From: Nitrosopumilaceae archaeon | GTDB lineage: Archaea > Thermoproteota > Nitrososphaeria > Nitrososphaerales > Nitrosopumilaceae | NCBI GenBank assembly: GCA_052389415.1 | Contig: JBQTHX010000068.1 | Span: 1-28,497 of the forward strand | DNA: 28,497 bases | Direction of reading: 5' to 3' | Part shown: positions 16,252-25,698 of the stretch, one piece after another | How positions within the stretch are numbered: the first letter of the stretch is position 1 | Layout of the letters: every line of letters begins with the position of its first letter | Notes under the pieces: model-generated | The model's database searches: none | The model's input: the letters and a program-made list of their open reading frames with translations, nothing else | What the model was told of the DNA's origin: nothing | Made by a program: the position numbers and the translations under genes

Positions 16252-17693
16252 ATTGGCACTCCTGGAAGACTAGTTGTAGCTTCCAAGGCATGGGCAGCTT
16301 GCAAGAGTGTTTTTTCTTGCATGTGATTGGCAAACAATTGCATGCCAATAGGTAATCCATTTGCAATCTCATATGGTACTGAAATTGCCGGAATTCCAGA
16401 GAGATTTGCAACTATGGTATTGATATCAAGAAGATAAAGAGATAGAGGATCATCGATTTTTTCTCCTATTCTAAAAGGTAATACAGGAGAGGTTGGAGCA
16501 ATGAGAAGATCAAATTTTTTAAATGCTTGATCAATCTCGGATTTTATTTTGCTTCTCACTTTGAGTGCTTTTAAGAAATATTTTCCCAAATATCCAGCTG
16601 ATGGTACAAATGCTCCAAGAATCATTCTTCTTGTAACTTCAGGACCAAAATTTTTTCTTACCTTTGATAGATAAGTATTAAATTCATACCCTTCTACACC
16701 AAAATCAAATCCATATCTGATGTTGTCATATCTTGCAAGGTTACTTCCTGCCTCAGTAGAGGCAATGGTATAATACACCGCAACAGAATATTTTACAGAT
16801 TCTAAGGAGACTCTGTCACATTCTGCTCCTAGAGTTTCTAGTTTTGATATTGCCCTTTCTGTGGCAGATGCAACCTGCTTGTCTACTCCTTCTCCTGTCA
16901 TTTCTGAAATTATGCCAATTTTTTTTCCTTCTATTCCTGAATCAAGATCTTTGGTATAGTCTATCGCTCCTTTGTCTACGGTAGTATTGTCGTGACTATC
17001 AATTCCTGAAATGATGTTAAGAATAAACGCCGTATCTTCAACTGTTCGTGCCATGGGACCTATTTGCTCTATGCTATTTGCATAAGAGATGAGACCGTAT
17101 CTGCTAACCAGTCCGTATGTTGGTTTCAAGCCAACAACAGAACAAAAGCTTGCTGGGTTTCTCACTGAACCTCCTGTATCGGAACCAAGAGATGCAATGC
17201 ATTCCAAAGCACTTACTGAGACAGCACTCCCTCCTGAAGATCCGCCAGGTACATAATCAGTATTCCAAGGATTTTTGCTTGTTCCAAAATAGCTAAACTC
17301 TGTAGATATTCCCATTGCAAACTCGTCAAGGTTTGTCTTCCCAGTGATTATGGCATCTTGTGATCTTAGATTTGATACTACTGTAGCATCATATGGTGCT
17401 ACAAAGTTTTCAAGCATTTTTGATGCACATGTAGTTTTCATTCCCTTTGTGCAAATGTTATCTTTGATTGAGATTGGCATTCCAAGACATGAACCAACTT
17501 TTTCTTTTGCTTGCAATTTTTTATCGATCTGTTTTGCTTGCGATATTGCGTTCTCATTTATTGAGATATAAGCATGGATGTTGCCTTCTACGTTTTTTAT
17601 ACGCTCCATTGTTTTGGAAATAAATTCTTCTACACTCAGACTGCCGTCTTTTATCTGTTGTAAATATTGTGTTCCAGTTATTCCAAGATTCAC
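16248..17693 (-). CDS. gatA: Amidotransferase subunit A
   Basis: Amidase signature GGSSGGSA...GSDTGGSVR, NLARYD and FGPEVTRR. Confidence 0.98.
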   Translation of the reverse strand: MNLGITGTQYLQQIKDGSLSVEEFISKTMERIKNVEGNIHAYISINENAISQAKQIDKKLQAKEKVGSCLGMPISIKDNICTKGMKTTCASKMLENFVAPYDATVVSNLRSQDAIITGKTNLDEFAMGISTEFSYFGTSKNPWNTDYVPGGSSGGSAVSVSALECIASLGSDTGGSVRNPASFCSVVGLKPTYGLVSRYGLISYANSIEQIGPMARTVEDTAFILNIISGIDSHDNTTVDKGAIDYTKDLDSGIEGKKIGIISEMTGEGVDKQVASATERAISKLETLGAECDRVSLESVKYSVAVYYTIASTEAGSNLARYDNIRYGFDFGVEGYEFNTYLSKVRKNFGPEVTRRMILGAFVPSAGYLGKYFLKALKVRSKIKSEIDQAFKKFDLLIAPTSPVLPFRIGEKIDDPLSLYLLDINTIVANLSGIPAISVPYEIANGLPIGMQLFANHMQEKTLLQAAHALEATTSLPGVPI

Positions 17694-17694
17694 A

Positions 17695-17961
17695 TTATAT
17701 CATCTTTGGAGCTTTAACAAAGGTGTCTTTGTAGTTTTTTAATTGTAGAATAAGTTTTTCATCATAAGGAACATGTTTGTCATCTCGCAATTTGTCAAGT
17801 GAAATTTCTTGAGTAACAAAGGATTCAGATTCTGCATCCGCTTTATCTAATATGTCAAAATAATTTAGAATCTTTTCTATTTGATCAACATATTTTGCGT
17901 GATCATCTAATTCGATTCTAATAAGGTTTGCAGCATGAAGAATTTCTTCTTTTTTTACCAT
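17695..17961 (-). CDS. gatC: Amidotransferase subunit C
   Basis: 88 aa between aspS and gatA; has LRDD and FVKAPKM. Confidence 0.9.
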   Translation of the reverse strand: MVKKEEILHAANLIRIELDDHAKYVDQIEKILNYFDILDKADAESESFVTQEISLDKLRDDKHVPYDEKLILQLKNYKDTFVKAPKMI

Positions 17962-17969
17962 TTTCTCTC

Positions 17970-19280
17970 CTATGGAGTTAATCTATCTGCGTCTCTTGGA
18001 TAAAATGTTACATCCCTAATGTTTTCTGTGCCTGTAAGAGACATCATTAGTCTCTCAAGACCTATTCCACATCCAGCATGAGGCGGAACTCCATAATCAA
18101 ACACTCTAAGATGATAATCAAAGGCATCTACTTTGAAACCCTTGTTCTTCATTCTTTCTTCAAGTTCATTTCTTTTCTCAATTCTTGTACTGCCAGATGA
18201 CAATTCTAAATCTCCAAACATTAAATCAAATGATTCTGAAATTTTTTGGTCGTCGTGTTTTGCCTTGACATAAAAAGGCTTGGGACTCAATGGCCAATCT
18301 TTAATAAAATAAAATCCAGACAGATTTATTTTTTTTAGGTTAGATGGGTAAAGATCATCTCCCCACTCTGTCTTTGCACCAACCTTTTGCATCTTATCAA
18401 CCAAGTCAGAATAAGTGTAACGTGGAATAGATTCTGGTACATCTGGAATACTAAGATCAATTCCTGAATTTGATTGTAGATGAAATTCTTTGACTATCTT
18501 GATTGATCTTTTTATAATATTTTCAATATGAGTCATTATATCATTATAGTCTGCAAAGGCCTCCTCCAAATCTATCGATATTGCTTCGGACAAGTGTCTG
18601 TTTGTTCTGGATGGTTCTGCCCTAAAGATTGGTGCAATCTCAAAAACTTTCTCAAAGCTCATGGTAAGCTGTTCTTTGTAAAGCTGTGGGCTCTGTGCAA
18701 GAAAGGCTTCCTTGTTATAATAAAATATAGGAAACAATGCTGCGCCACCCTCTGTTGCCGTAGCAATCATTTTTGGAGTATTTACTTCAACAAATTCTTT
18801 CTCATACAAGTAATCTCGAATCGATTTGAGAACCAGACTTCTAATCTTAAAGACATGTTGCAAAACAGCACGCCTCAAATCTACTGCTCTTATTTCCAGC
18901 CTAGTATCGATATTTGGTACTACTTTGGTCTGCGATGTGAAAGGGGCAATCTTGTCGACTAAAGAAAACACCCGCATCTCTTTTGGCACAATCTCTGCAC
19001 CTCGTGGAGCTTTGGGAGAGGGTCTGATTACTCCTTTGATTCCAACACTTGACTGTTCCTTTAATTTCACTATGGCCTGTTTTATCTCATCAGGACACGA
19101 ACCTGATTTTGCAGTAATTTGAATCTCGCCTTCTTTGTCTTTTAACATCATAAAAACCAGATTTCCATGATCTCTGACGCTTGAAACCCATCCCATGATT
19201 ATAACCTCTTTTCCATCCATGGAGGGATCAATCTGGTTTGAGTAAATACTTCGACGCCAAGTGCCAAGTTCTGTATCCAT
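17970..19280 (-). CDS. aspS: Archaeal-type non-discriminating aspartyl-tRNA synthetase
   Basis: ATEGG, LAQSPQLYK, FRAE and PPHAGCGIGLERL motifs; KAP loop and operon with gatCAB support Asp/Asn non-discrimination. Confidence 0.97.
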   Translation of the reverse strand: MDTELGTWRRSIYSNQIDPSMDGKEVIIMGWVSSVRDHGNLVFMMLKDKEGEIQITAKSGSCPDEIKQAIVKLKEQSSVGIKGVIRPSPKAPRGAEIVPKEMRVFSLVDKIAPFTSQTKVVPNIDTRLEIRAVDLRRAVLQHVFKIRSLVLKSIRDYLYEKEFVEVNTPKMIATATEGGAALFPIFYYNKEAFLAQSPQLYKEQLTMSFEKVFEIAPIFRAEPSRTNRHLSEAISIDLEEAFADYNDIMTHIENIIKRSIKIVKEFHLQSNSGIDLSIPDVPESIPRYTYSDLVDKMQKVGAKTEWGDDLYPSNLKKINLSGFYFIKDWPLSPKPFYVKAKHDDQKISESFDLMFGDLELSSGSTRIEKRNELEERMKNKGFKVDAFDYHLRVFDYGVPPHAGCGIGLERLMMSLTGTENIRDVTFYPRDADRLTP

Positions 19281-19390
19281 AATCTAACCTTTTATCAAAT
19301 CTGGCCTAGTAGTGTTAATTTATCTTTCCTATGATATTTCTAAGATAATCAAACAAGAATTAATTAGCTAAACTAGCATAAATCAAAGAA

Positions 19391-19588
19391 ATGCCTCTGA
19401 CAAATAGAGAGAAACTGATAATCTTGATAACAAATGCAATCACGCTATACTCTAAAAAGATGGAAGAGGGCAAAATATCTCAAAATCAATCAATAATTGA
19501 CTTTGTGTTACAATCACTTCCTGATGATGCAAAATCAGAACTTTCTATGGAGTTAATAGATGATGTCTTTGCACAGATAGCAAAATAG
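19391..19588 (+). CDS. Small hypothetical protein
   Basis: 65-aa ATG ORF upstream of purP in an otherwise empty gap. Confidence 0.65.
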   Translation: MPLTNREKLIILITNAITLYSKKMEEGKISQNQSIIDFVLQSLPDDAKSELSMELIDDVFAQIAK

Positions 19589-19638
19589 TTCTGCAACTTT
19601 CATAAAGAGCCCAAATATACATACAAGCAGGGAGGATT

Positions 19639-20664
19639 ATGACATCAATAGCAACATTGGGTTCTCATTGCGCCTTGCAAGTTCTCAAGGGTGCAAAAGA
19701 TGAGGGCTATAAGACTATTTTGGTTTCTGAAAAAAAACGTGAAACACTGTATAGGCGATTCAAGTTTATAGACGAGATAATTCTTGTTGATTCTTTTTTA
19801 GAAATAGCTGATCCCAGATGTGAATCAATACTACAAGAAAATGATTCTATAATAATTCCACACGGAACTTTGATCTCTCAGATGGAATCATCAAAAATAG
19901 AGTCCATAAAGACACCAATCTTTGGAAACAAATGGATACTTAGATGGGAATCAGATAGAAACATGAAAGAGCAATTAATGCGTGAGGCCAAACTTGAACT
20001 ACCAAGGACAGTTCCTAATCCAAAGGAGATCAAGAATCTAGTGATAGCAAAACGACATGGTGCAGCTGGAGGTAAAGGATATTTTTTGACAACTAGTGAG
20101 AAGGATTACAAGAAAAAGCGTGACAGATTAATCAATGACGGCTTGATCAAAGGTGATAGTGACCTGTACTTGCAAGAATATTCTTTTGGAGTCTCTGCAT
20201 ATTTACAATATTTTTACTCGCCATTAACTGATGAGTTGGAATTTTTTGGAGTAGATAGAAGATATGAATCAGACATTGATGGTCTTGGAAGAATCCCTGC
20301 TGCTCAACAATTAGACATTGATTCCATCTCATCATTTAATGTCATTGGAAACAGTCCTCTTGTACTGCGAGAATCACTTCTTGATGAAGTATACTCTATG
20401 GGAGAAAGATTTGTTGATGCTGCAAAAAGACTGGTAAAGCCTGGCATGAATGGACCCTTTTGTCTTGAAGGAGTATATGATGAGAATGGAAAATTTACTA
20501 CATTTGAGTTTTCAGCACGAATTGTTGCAGGCACCAACATGTATGTGGATGGCTCTCCATACTCTACCTTTTTATTCGATACTCCTATGAGCATGGGAAG
20601 AAGAATAGCCAGAGAGATAAAAAAAGCAAAAGATGCTGGCAAACTTGAAAAAATTGTTACCTAA
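19639..20664 (+). CDS. purP: Formate-phosphoribosylaminoimidazolecarboxamide ligase (PurP, ATP-grasp)
   Basis: IATLGSHCALQ, IIPHG, GGKGYF, DRRYESD, GPFCLE and FEFSARIVAGTN motifs; GGAGG SD. Confidence 0.93.
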   Translation: MTSIATLGSHCALQVLKGAKDEGYKTILVSEKKRETLYRRFKFIDEIILVDSFLEIADPRCESILQENDSIIIPHGTLISQMESSKIESIKTPIFGNKWILRWESDRNMKEQLMREAKLELPRTVPNPKEIKNLVIAKRHGAAGGKGYFLTTSEKDYKKKRDRLINDGLIKGDSDLYLQEYSFGVSAYLQYFYSPLTDELEFFGVDRRYESDIDGLGRIPAAQQLDIDSISSFNVIGNSPLVLRESLLDEVYSMGERFVDAAKRLVKPGMNGPFCLEGVYDENGKFTTFEFSARIVAGTNMYVDGSPYSTFLFDTPMSMGRRIAREIKKAKDAGKLEKIVT

Positions 20665-20753
20665 GTCGAATTACTAGTCCTTTCATTAACAAAAAAGTAT
20701 CACACCAGAAATTAACGAATTGACTAAACCGGAATAAAAAAAGAAAAGAGGGT

Positions 20754-21563
20754 TTATCTTTGTACCCTGAATTTGTTGATGTCATAGATGAGATGATCAT
20801 TTGCACCAAATGGAACCGGTTTGTCTCCATCATTTACCAAGAACACATCAGATGCATTCTCTGCAGTCACATGGTAAATGCATGACCCATCTTGTGCTGG
20901 ATTGAATTTTGCAACTCCGTCTAGTGTGACAGAGATATCATATGCTTGAATGTATGATTTACCTGCACCAGTTCCAGGAGTGGTGTCATATGTTGGATCG
21001 TTTGGATCTAAGTTATTTGCTACTTCGTTGGCTTCAAGGTTGTCAAAGTCCAGCTCTGACATTGTCTTTACACCATTAGGGGCAACAAGTGTAAGAGGAA
21101 TGTTGATTACTCTTACCTCAGCAACCTCTTCTGGTTCTGCAACGAATGTTCTGAATCCAAAGTCTTCGTTGGTGTCTGTCAATGCATCTGGATCGTACTC
21201 TAGATGAGCTTCTATCTCTCTTATTTCTGCAAAGTTTACAAGCTTTAGCAATGGTGAGCCATCTTTATTGCAAGGTATCTTCATTGCAAAATGGGCATCT
21301 ACTCCATATGGTGATGTGTCCATAAGGAATATTCCATCACCTGGTTTGAGAATGTGGCCATTCAACCAGATAAATTGTGATGATGGTATTTGCAGTCTCT
21401 GAAATCCAGATGTATCACTATCATCTGTTACCGCTGAAGGCTTTGGAAACTCTGCTGATTCTCCAGGAAATGCAATGGCAATGGTAGTTGCTGAAAGTGC
21501 AAGTATTGTTCCAATTGCTATTGACATCAGGGGTTTTTTGGTTAGTTTTCCAAAACTTAACAT
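20754..21563 (-). CDS. Secreted/surface hypothetical protein with His/Cys motifs
   Basis: N-terminal signal peptide; DTSPY..HFAMKIPC and CIYHV motifs; acidic mature part. Confidence 0.75.
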   Translation of the reverse strand: MLSFGKLTKKPLMSIAIGTILALSATTIAIAFPGESAEFPKPSAVTDDSDTSGFQRLQIPSSQFIWLNGHILKPGDGIFLMDTSPYGVDAHFAMKIPCNKDGSPLLKLVNFAEIREIEAHLEYDPDALTDTNEDFGFRTFVAEPEEVAEVRVINIPLTLVAPNGVKTMSELDFDNLEANEVANNLDPNDPTYDTTPGTGAGKSYIQAYDISVTLDGVAKFNPAQDGSCIYHVTAENASDVFLVNDGDKPVPFGANDHLIYDINKFRVQR

Positions 21564-21771
21564 TGCTCAAACTTTAAGAAATACATAATATTATCGTGTT
21601 TCCCTTTACACAATGTTAAAACATTATTTTAAATTTTGAAATTAAAATAATAATTTAAAATAAAATCTAGTTACAAAAATTTGTTATAATTTTTTAGAAT
21701 AACTTCTTGAAACACACACTACTTTTAATACCAATTATCATAACTTTATTTTTGCAGACATGTAATCTGTC

Positions 21772-21869
21772 AAGAGATCACTGGAAAAGATATCCCAATA
21801 AGTTTGTTCGTCGCACAATGGGAATATTACAATTGGCATGTTGATTTTGACCGAAGCCAGTGATCTCTT
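21772..21869. repeat. 13-bp perfect inverted repeat enclosing 72 nt (candidate structured ncRNA or MITE-like relic)
   Basis: AAGAGATCACTGG (21772-21784) pairs with CCAGTGATCTCTT (21857-21869); an inner stem is present; TATA-like TTTTAATA at 21723-21730. Confidence 0.6.
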
Positions 21870-21985
21870 TTGATATAAAATAATTTTATTGTAAACTAGA
21901 TTCTTGTATTATGTGTTTTAAATTCTTAGAATAAATATTTGGAAAATGCGTCACTTTTAACTTGTAGTAATTTGGTATTATTTGC

Positions 21986-22303
21986 ATGACGCAACAATTA
22001 TCTCAAACAGATCAAAACCAGAAAAACTTGTGGGTGTTAATAAGCACTACAAAGGAGAATACCGATAAAGAAATTCTGGAAAAGATAACTCCATCAGTTA
22101 TTGATCTTGTTGACGAGTGGCAGTCAGGTGGAAGATTTCTCTGGTCAGGACCATTTAATGACAACAAAACCGCGATGGCTGTTTTTGAAGGCACTGAGGA
22201 CGAGGCAAATCAGCTATACCAAAAATATGGCAAGATATGTGGCAATCTTTTAAACTATGATTTATACAAATGGGATGCAATCCCATTGCTGTCCTTATTG
22301 TAG
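21986..22303 (+). CDS. YciI-like / dimeric alpha+beta barrel small protein
   Basis: GRFLWSGPF....AMAVFEG.E.EA pattern. Confidence 0.65.
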   Translation: MTQQLSQTDQNQKNLWVLISTTKENTDKEILEKITPSVIDLVDEWQSGGRFLWSGPFNDNKTAMAVFEGTEDEANQLYQKYGKICGNLLNYDLYKWDAIPLLSLL

Positions 22304-22392
22304 AACAATCAAAAACTCTACAATTTTTTTTGACTTTGCAATACTAGGATATATCTAGTCGACACACCAACAGTGACAGAAATCTTTCTTTT

Positions 22393-23508
22393 TTAGAACT
22401 TTGGTACGAATCTAAACTTTTGATTTTTAATACCTAGAACAATAATTGGAATTATTGCTACTAGAAAGACTAGAGTTGCTAATGGTCCAAACTCTGGAAC
22501 GATAACTGCTACTTGGTCCATTCTTATAAGAATCTCATCAATATGTGAACTTACATCCTCGACTGGGGCACCATTTTTTATCATGTCTCGCAATTCTTCA
22601 CGCATCATGTGTTCTACTTCTTCATTTAATTCAGGATCTTGTGCACCAACTGCTGACTCGAGAAACTCAAAATTGTCAAGATATGCCTTTGTTGCCAAGC
22701 TTAGAGCTTGCTCAGTCTCACCTGCTGCATATTCTTCCTTTGCTTCAGCTAGAAGATTTCTTATATTTTCAACATAATCTGTTAGTTCAGTTACCTCAAT
22801 CTCTTCTCCTGCGACTTCTTGTAGTTCATGAATTATTCCTCCGGCCAATGTTTCTACAGTTTCAGGATCTGCTTTAGAATCATATGCTTCCCACAAGTCT
22901 TCATAAAACTCGGTAATCTCTTCAGCTTCATGCTCTGGAACTTCGGATTCTATTGTTGAATAGATCTCTTGGGATCTCCAAACAAAGGCCGACCCATCTT
23001 GGAACTCTGCCATCTCATTTATCTGACCATTTGCTACGGCCTCTCCATATTCTGCAATGGAGGTTTCAAGCAATCCAATCATTAATTTTATCTTAAAATT
23101 TGTCCTATCATATTCATTACCTACAACTGTTGCAGTAGTGATTTGGAGCAGGTCTCTAGCATCATCAATTGCTTCTTGTGCCTGTTCTCGTGTAACTCCT
23201 GCTGATGTTGTCTTGTCATTAAGTTCTATCAACGCTTGTCTTAACTCTGAATCCAGGTTTGCATCATGTTCTTGTAACTCTGGTGCCATCAGATCATAGA
23301 GTTCTGCAATAGGATGCATTGCATGTATTGATGCTAGCTGTCTATTGTCTTCATCTAGGTTATTTTCAATTGCATGAAAATGTCCCAGCATCTCTTCAAT
23401 ATACCCAGCAAAAACTACTTTTTCATCTTCTGCTGCAAAGGCAGGAATTGTAAATACGGATAATGTGATAATTACAGTCAGTCCTAATAATCCCAGTTTT
23501 TTATTCAT
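22393..23508 (-). CDS. PEFG-CTERM surface protein, acidic, His/Glu-rich helical repeats (putative metal-binding)
   Basis: Signal peptide (..PAFA); C-terminal VPEFG + TM helix + basic tail. Confidence 0.88.
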   Translation of the reverse strand: MNKKLGLLGLTVIITLSVFTIPAFAAEDEKVVFAGYIEEMLGHFHAIENNLDEDNRQLASIHAMHPIAELYDLMAPELQEHDANLDSELRQALIELNDKTTSAGVTREQAQEAIDDARDLLQITTATVVGNEYDRTNFKIKLMIGLLETSIAEYGEAVANGQINEMAEFQDGSAFVWRSQEIYSTIESEVPEHEAEEITEFYEDLWEAYDSKADPETVETLAGGIIHELQEVAGEEIEVTELTDYVENIRNLLAEAKEEYAAGETEQALSLATKAYLDNFEFLESAVGAQDPELNEEVEHMMREELRDMIKNGAPVEDVSSHIDEILIRMDQVAVIVPEFGPLATLVFLVAIIPIIVLGIKNQKFRFVPKF

Positions 23509-23514
23509 GCAAAG

Positions 23515-23528
23515 TTAGGGCAAGCTAA
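23515..23528. promoter_or_regulatory. DtxR/MntR-type box TTAGG-GCAA-GCTAA
   Basis: Lies between minus-strand TTTAAATA (23541-23534) and the ATG at 23508. Confidence 0.7.
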
Positions 23529-23583
23529 TAGATTATTTAAACCACGGGAGAGTTACAAAATCATAGAATCAGAATTTAGAATT

Positions 23584-25698
23584 CTATTTTAGATCAATGA
23601 TGATTGCGCCTTTGGCAGAATTTTCCAATTCTTGTTTTATTGCATTAATTATTTTTGTTTTTGAGGTAAGCCCAGAGAAATCAATTAGTTTGATATCATT
23701 TAACAGATGTACTTGTGGGGCAATCTCTGCACTCCTTGATTCTAAAAATTCTTCAAACTCTTCTATTATAGTTAGTGTTCCACCCTGGAAGAGTTTTCCA
23801 TTTGATACAGAAAGTTTCATTCTTCCATATCTGTCTAGAATTATTATGTGATGGTGTTTTTTTCTACCAAATAATTTTTTTTGTTCTACATGTCCCGTAA
23901 AAACAAAATAATTATCTGTCTCAAAGCTAAGGTCGATAAGATCCTTTGAAATCAGCATTATCTCGCTTGCTCTAACCAGTGCTTCATCAAGTGTAAATAC
24001 ATTTTTTGCTGTCTCATTTTCAAATTCTATATTTCCAATTGCAGTGATGCGCAAGATTGATCTTTCAGGGATGTATTCACTGTTGATAACAATGGATTCA
24101 GGAACTGCTCCCTTTTCTACAACAATGGCATGAATTTTTTTATGGAGATTCAAGATTTGATCAGGAGTTGGATTTGTAATGGTGTGTTCCAACTCTTCTT
24201 GAATCATGGATGATGCAGCACCAATAGATGATATGACTTCGGCATGCTCTGCTTTATGATATGCAATTCCAAGTTGTTTTGCTACAAATGGTACAAGAAC
24301 TGATGCACCTCCACCACCACCCACAATAGATGTCGTATCTTTTGTCATCTTGAATTCTTTTAACAAGTGACTGATCATCTTTGTAATCTCAAACGAGGCT
24401 GTCTGGATTATTGATAAGGCCATCTCAGATACAGATACGCCCACTTTTTGTGCCAAGATTCCTATTCCAATCTTGGCCGCAACCTTGTTTGCAAAAGCAT
24501 AATCTCCCTCATCAATCATGCCTAACGCGTTTGCAGCACAGGTGTTTGTAACCGCATATGTATCGCCCTTGCATTTTATTGCAACATACTCTTCTTTATC
24601 GTTTGGACGCGGTTTTATCAAGACTATTTCGCCCGTTTTTAGGTCTTCAGGATCTGCAAAACAAGAATATTTTAGACCTGCAATATGTGCACTGCGTGGA
24701 CCTACCTTCCAGACTCTGTTTTCTTTTAGTTGTATCATGCTTCCTCCTGCCACTCCGATAACTCTGACATCCATTGAGCGAATACAGGTTGGATGATCCT
24801 TTATGGTAACATAACGAATCTCTGGCTTGCCATTTCGTATTACACAGATATTGGTACTAGTTCCACCAACCTCAACAAATATTCCATTCGTGACCTTGAG
24901 ATATAATAATGCACCCGCAACACTTGCAGCAGGACCAGAAAGTATAGTAAGAATTGGTTTTGTTCTAAACGTATTCATGTCAGTTACCCCGCCATCCCCC
25001 TTCATTATCATAAGCGGTGCTGCCACTCCTGTACCGTGAATTGCTTTTTCAACAAAGTTTGCAACCTCGACTGTCTTTGGCAAGACACTTGCGTTAACAG
25101 CTGCAGTTAACGTTCTAATCTCTAAACCATAAATTCCGGAGATTTCATGTGATGCGGTAGCTGGAATATTTTGGGCATTTGCTATCTTCATCACATACAT
25201 CTCGTTTGAAGGATCATCAACTGCGAATGCTTCTGAAGCAATAATTACTTCGGCTCCTTCTTTTTTAAGATCATCCAAAGTTGCCGATACCTCTGATTCT
25301 GAAATAAGATGAGACGTGTCTAAAAATCGATAAGCGGTTTTCAAATCATGTCGTGAATTAATACTTGGATCTTGCAAATTTGTTCTCTTGATGACATTTT
25401 GTTTTTCTGGGCCCACTCCCATTCCTATTATGCCAACCTTCGATGTGTCTGATTCCAATAATGCGTTTATTGCCTGGGTAGTGCTGTGTGCAATCAGTTC
25501 AATCTCGTCTGGTCGAATGTTTGTGCTTGAAAGCAGATTCTCCAAGGCAGCAACAATTCCAGTAGATACCCCGGTTTGTGAATCGTGTGTTGTCTGTACT
25601 GTTGCCTTGCCAAGAATCTGGCCAGTAACAATGTCTAACGCTATTGCCTTTGTAAAAGTGCCACCTACGTCTATTCCTATCCTGATTCTAGACTTCAA
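23584..25698 (-). CDS. Hydantoinase/oxoprolinase family protein (ASKHA-fold A subunit-like)
   Basis: IGIDVGGTFT, HSTT, ILSGPAASVAGA, EVGGTSTNI and AGGS motifs; overlaps the FTR1 stop. Confidence 0.9.
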   Translation of the reverse strand: MKSRIRIGIDVGGTFTKAIALDIVTGQILGKATVQTTHDSQTGVSTGIVAALENLLSSTNIRPDEIELIAHSTTQAINALLESDTSKVGIIGMGVGPEKQNVIKRTNLQDPSINSRHDLKTAYRFLDTSHLISESEVSATLDDLKKEGAEVIIASEAFAVDDPSNEMYVMKIANAQNIPATASHEISGIYGLEIRTLTAAVNASVLPKTVEVANFVEKAIHGTGVAAPLMIMKGDGGVTDMNTFRTKPILTILSGPAASVAGALLYLKVTNGIFVEVGGTSTNICVIRNGKPEIRYVTIKDHPTCIRSMDVRVIGVAGGSMIQLKENRVWKVGPRSAHIAGLKYSCFADPEDLKTGEIVLIKPRPNDKEEYVAIKCKGDTYAVTNTCAANALGMIDEGDYAFANKVAAKIGIGILAQKVGVSVSEMALSIIQTASFEITKMISHLLKEFKMTKDTTSIVGGGGGASVLVPFVAKQLGIAYHKAEHAEVISSIGAASSMIQEELEHTITNPTPDQILNLHKKIHAIVVEKGAVPESIVINSEYIPERSILRITAIGNIEFENETAKNVFTLDEALVRASEIMLISKDLIDLSFETDNYFVFTGHVEQKKLFGRKKHHHIIILDRYGRMKLSVSNGKLFQGGTLTIIEEFEEFLESRSAEIAPQVHLLNDIKLIDFSGLTSKTKIINAIKQELENSAKGAIIIDLK

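Noticed and set aside
14842-20664. aspS-gatCAB and purP block as a novelty
   Set aside because: Ordinary housekeeping arrangement for indirect Asn-tRNA synthesis and purine biosynthesis.
21623-21651. Inverted repeat ATTATTTTAA...TTAAAATAAT
   Set aside because: Almost pure A/T low-complexity DNA, so expected by chance.
21738-21839. 33-codon minus-strand ORF (MPIVIFPLCDEQ...) inside the inverted-repeat element
   Set aside because: Short, with no recognisable motif or clear SD; it does not explain the 13-bp stem. Not fully excluded.
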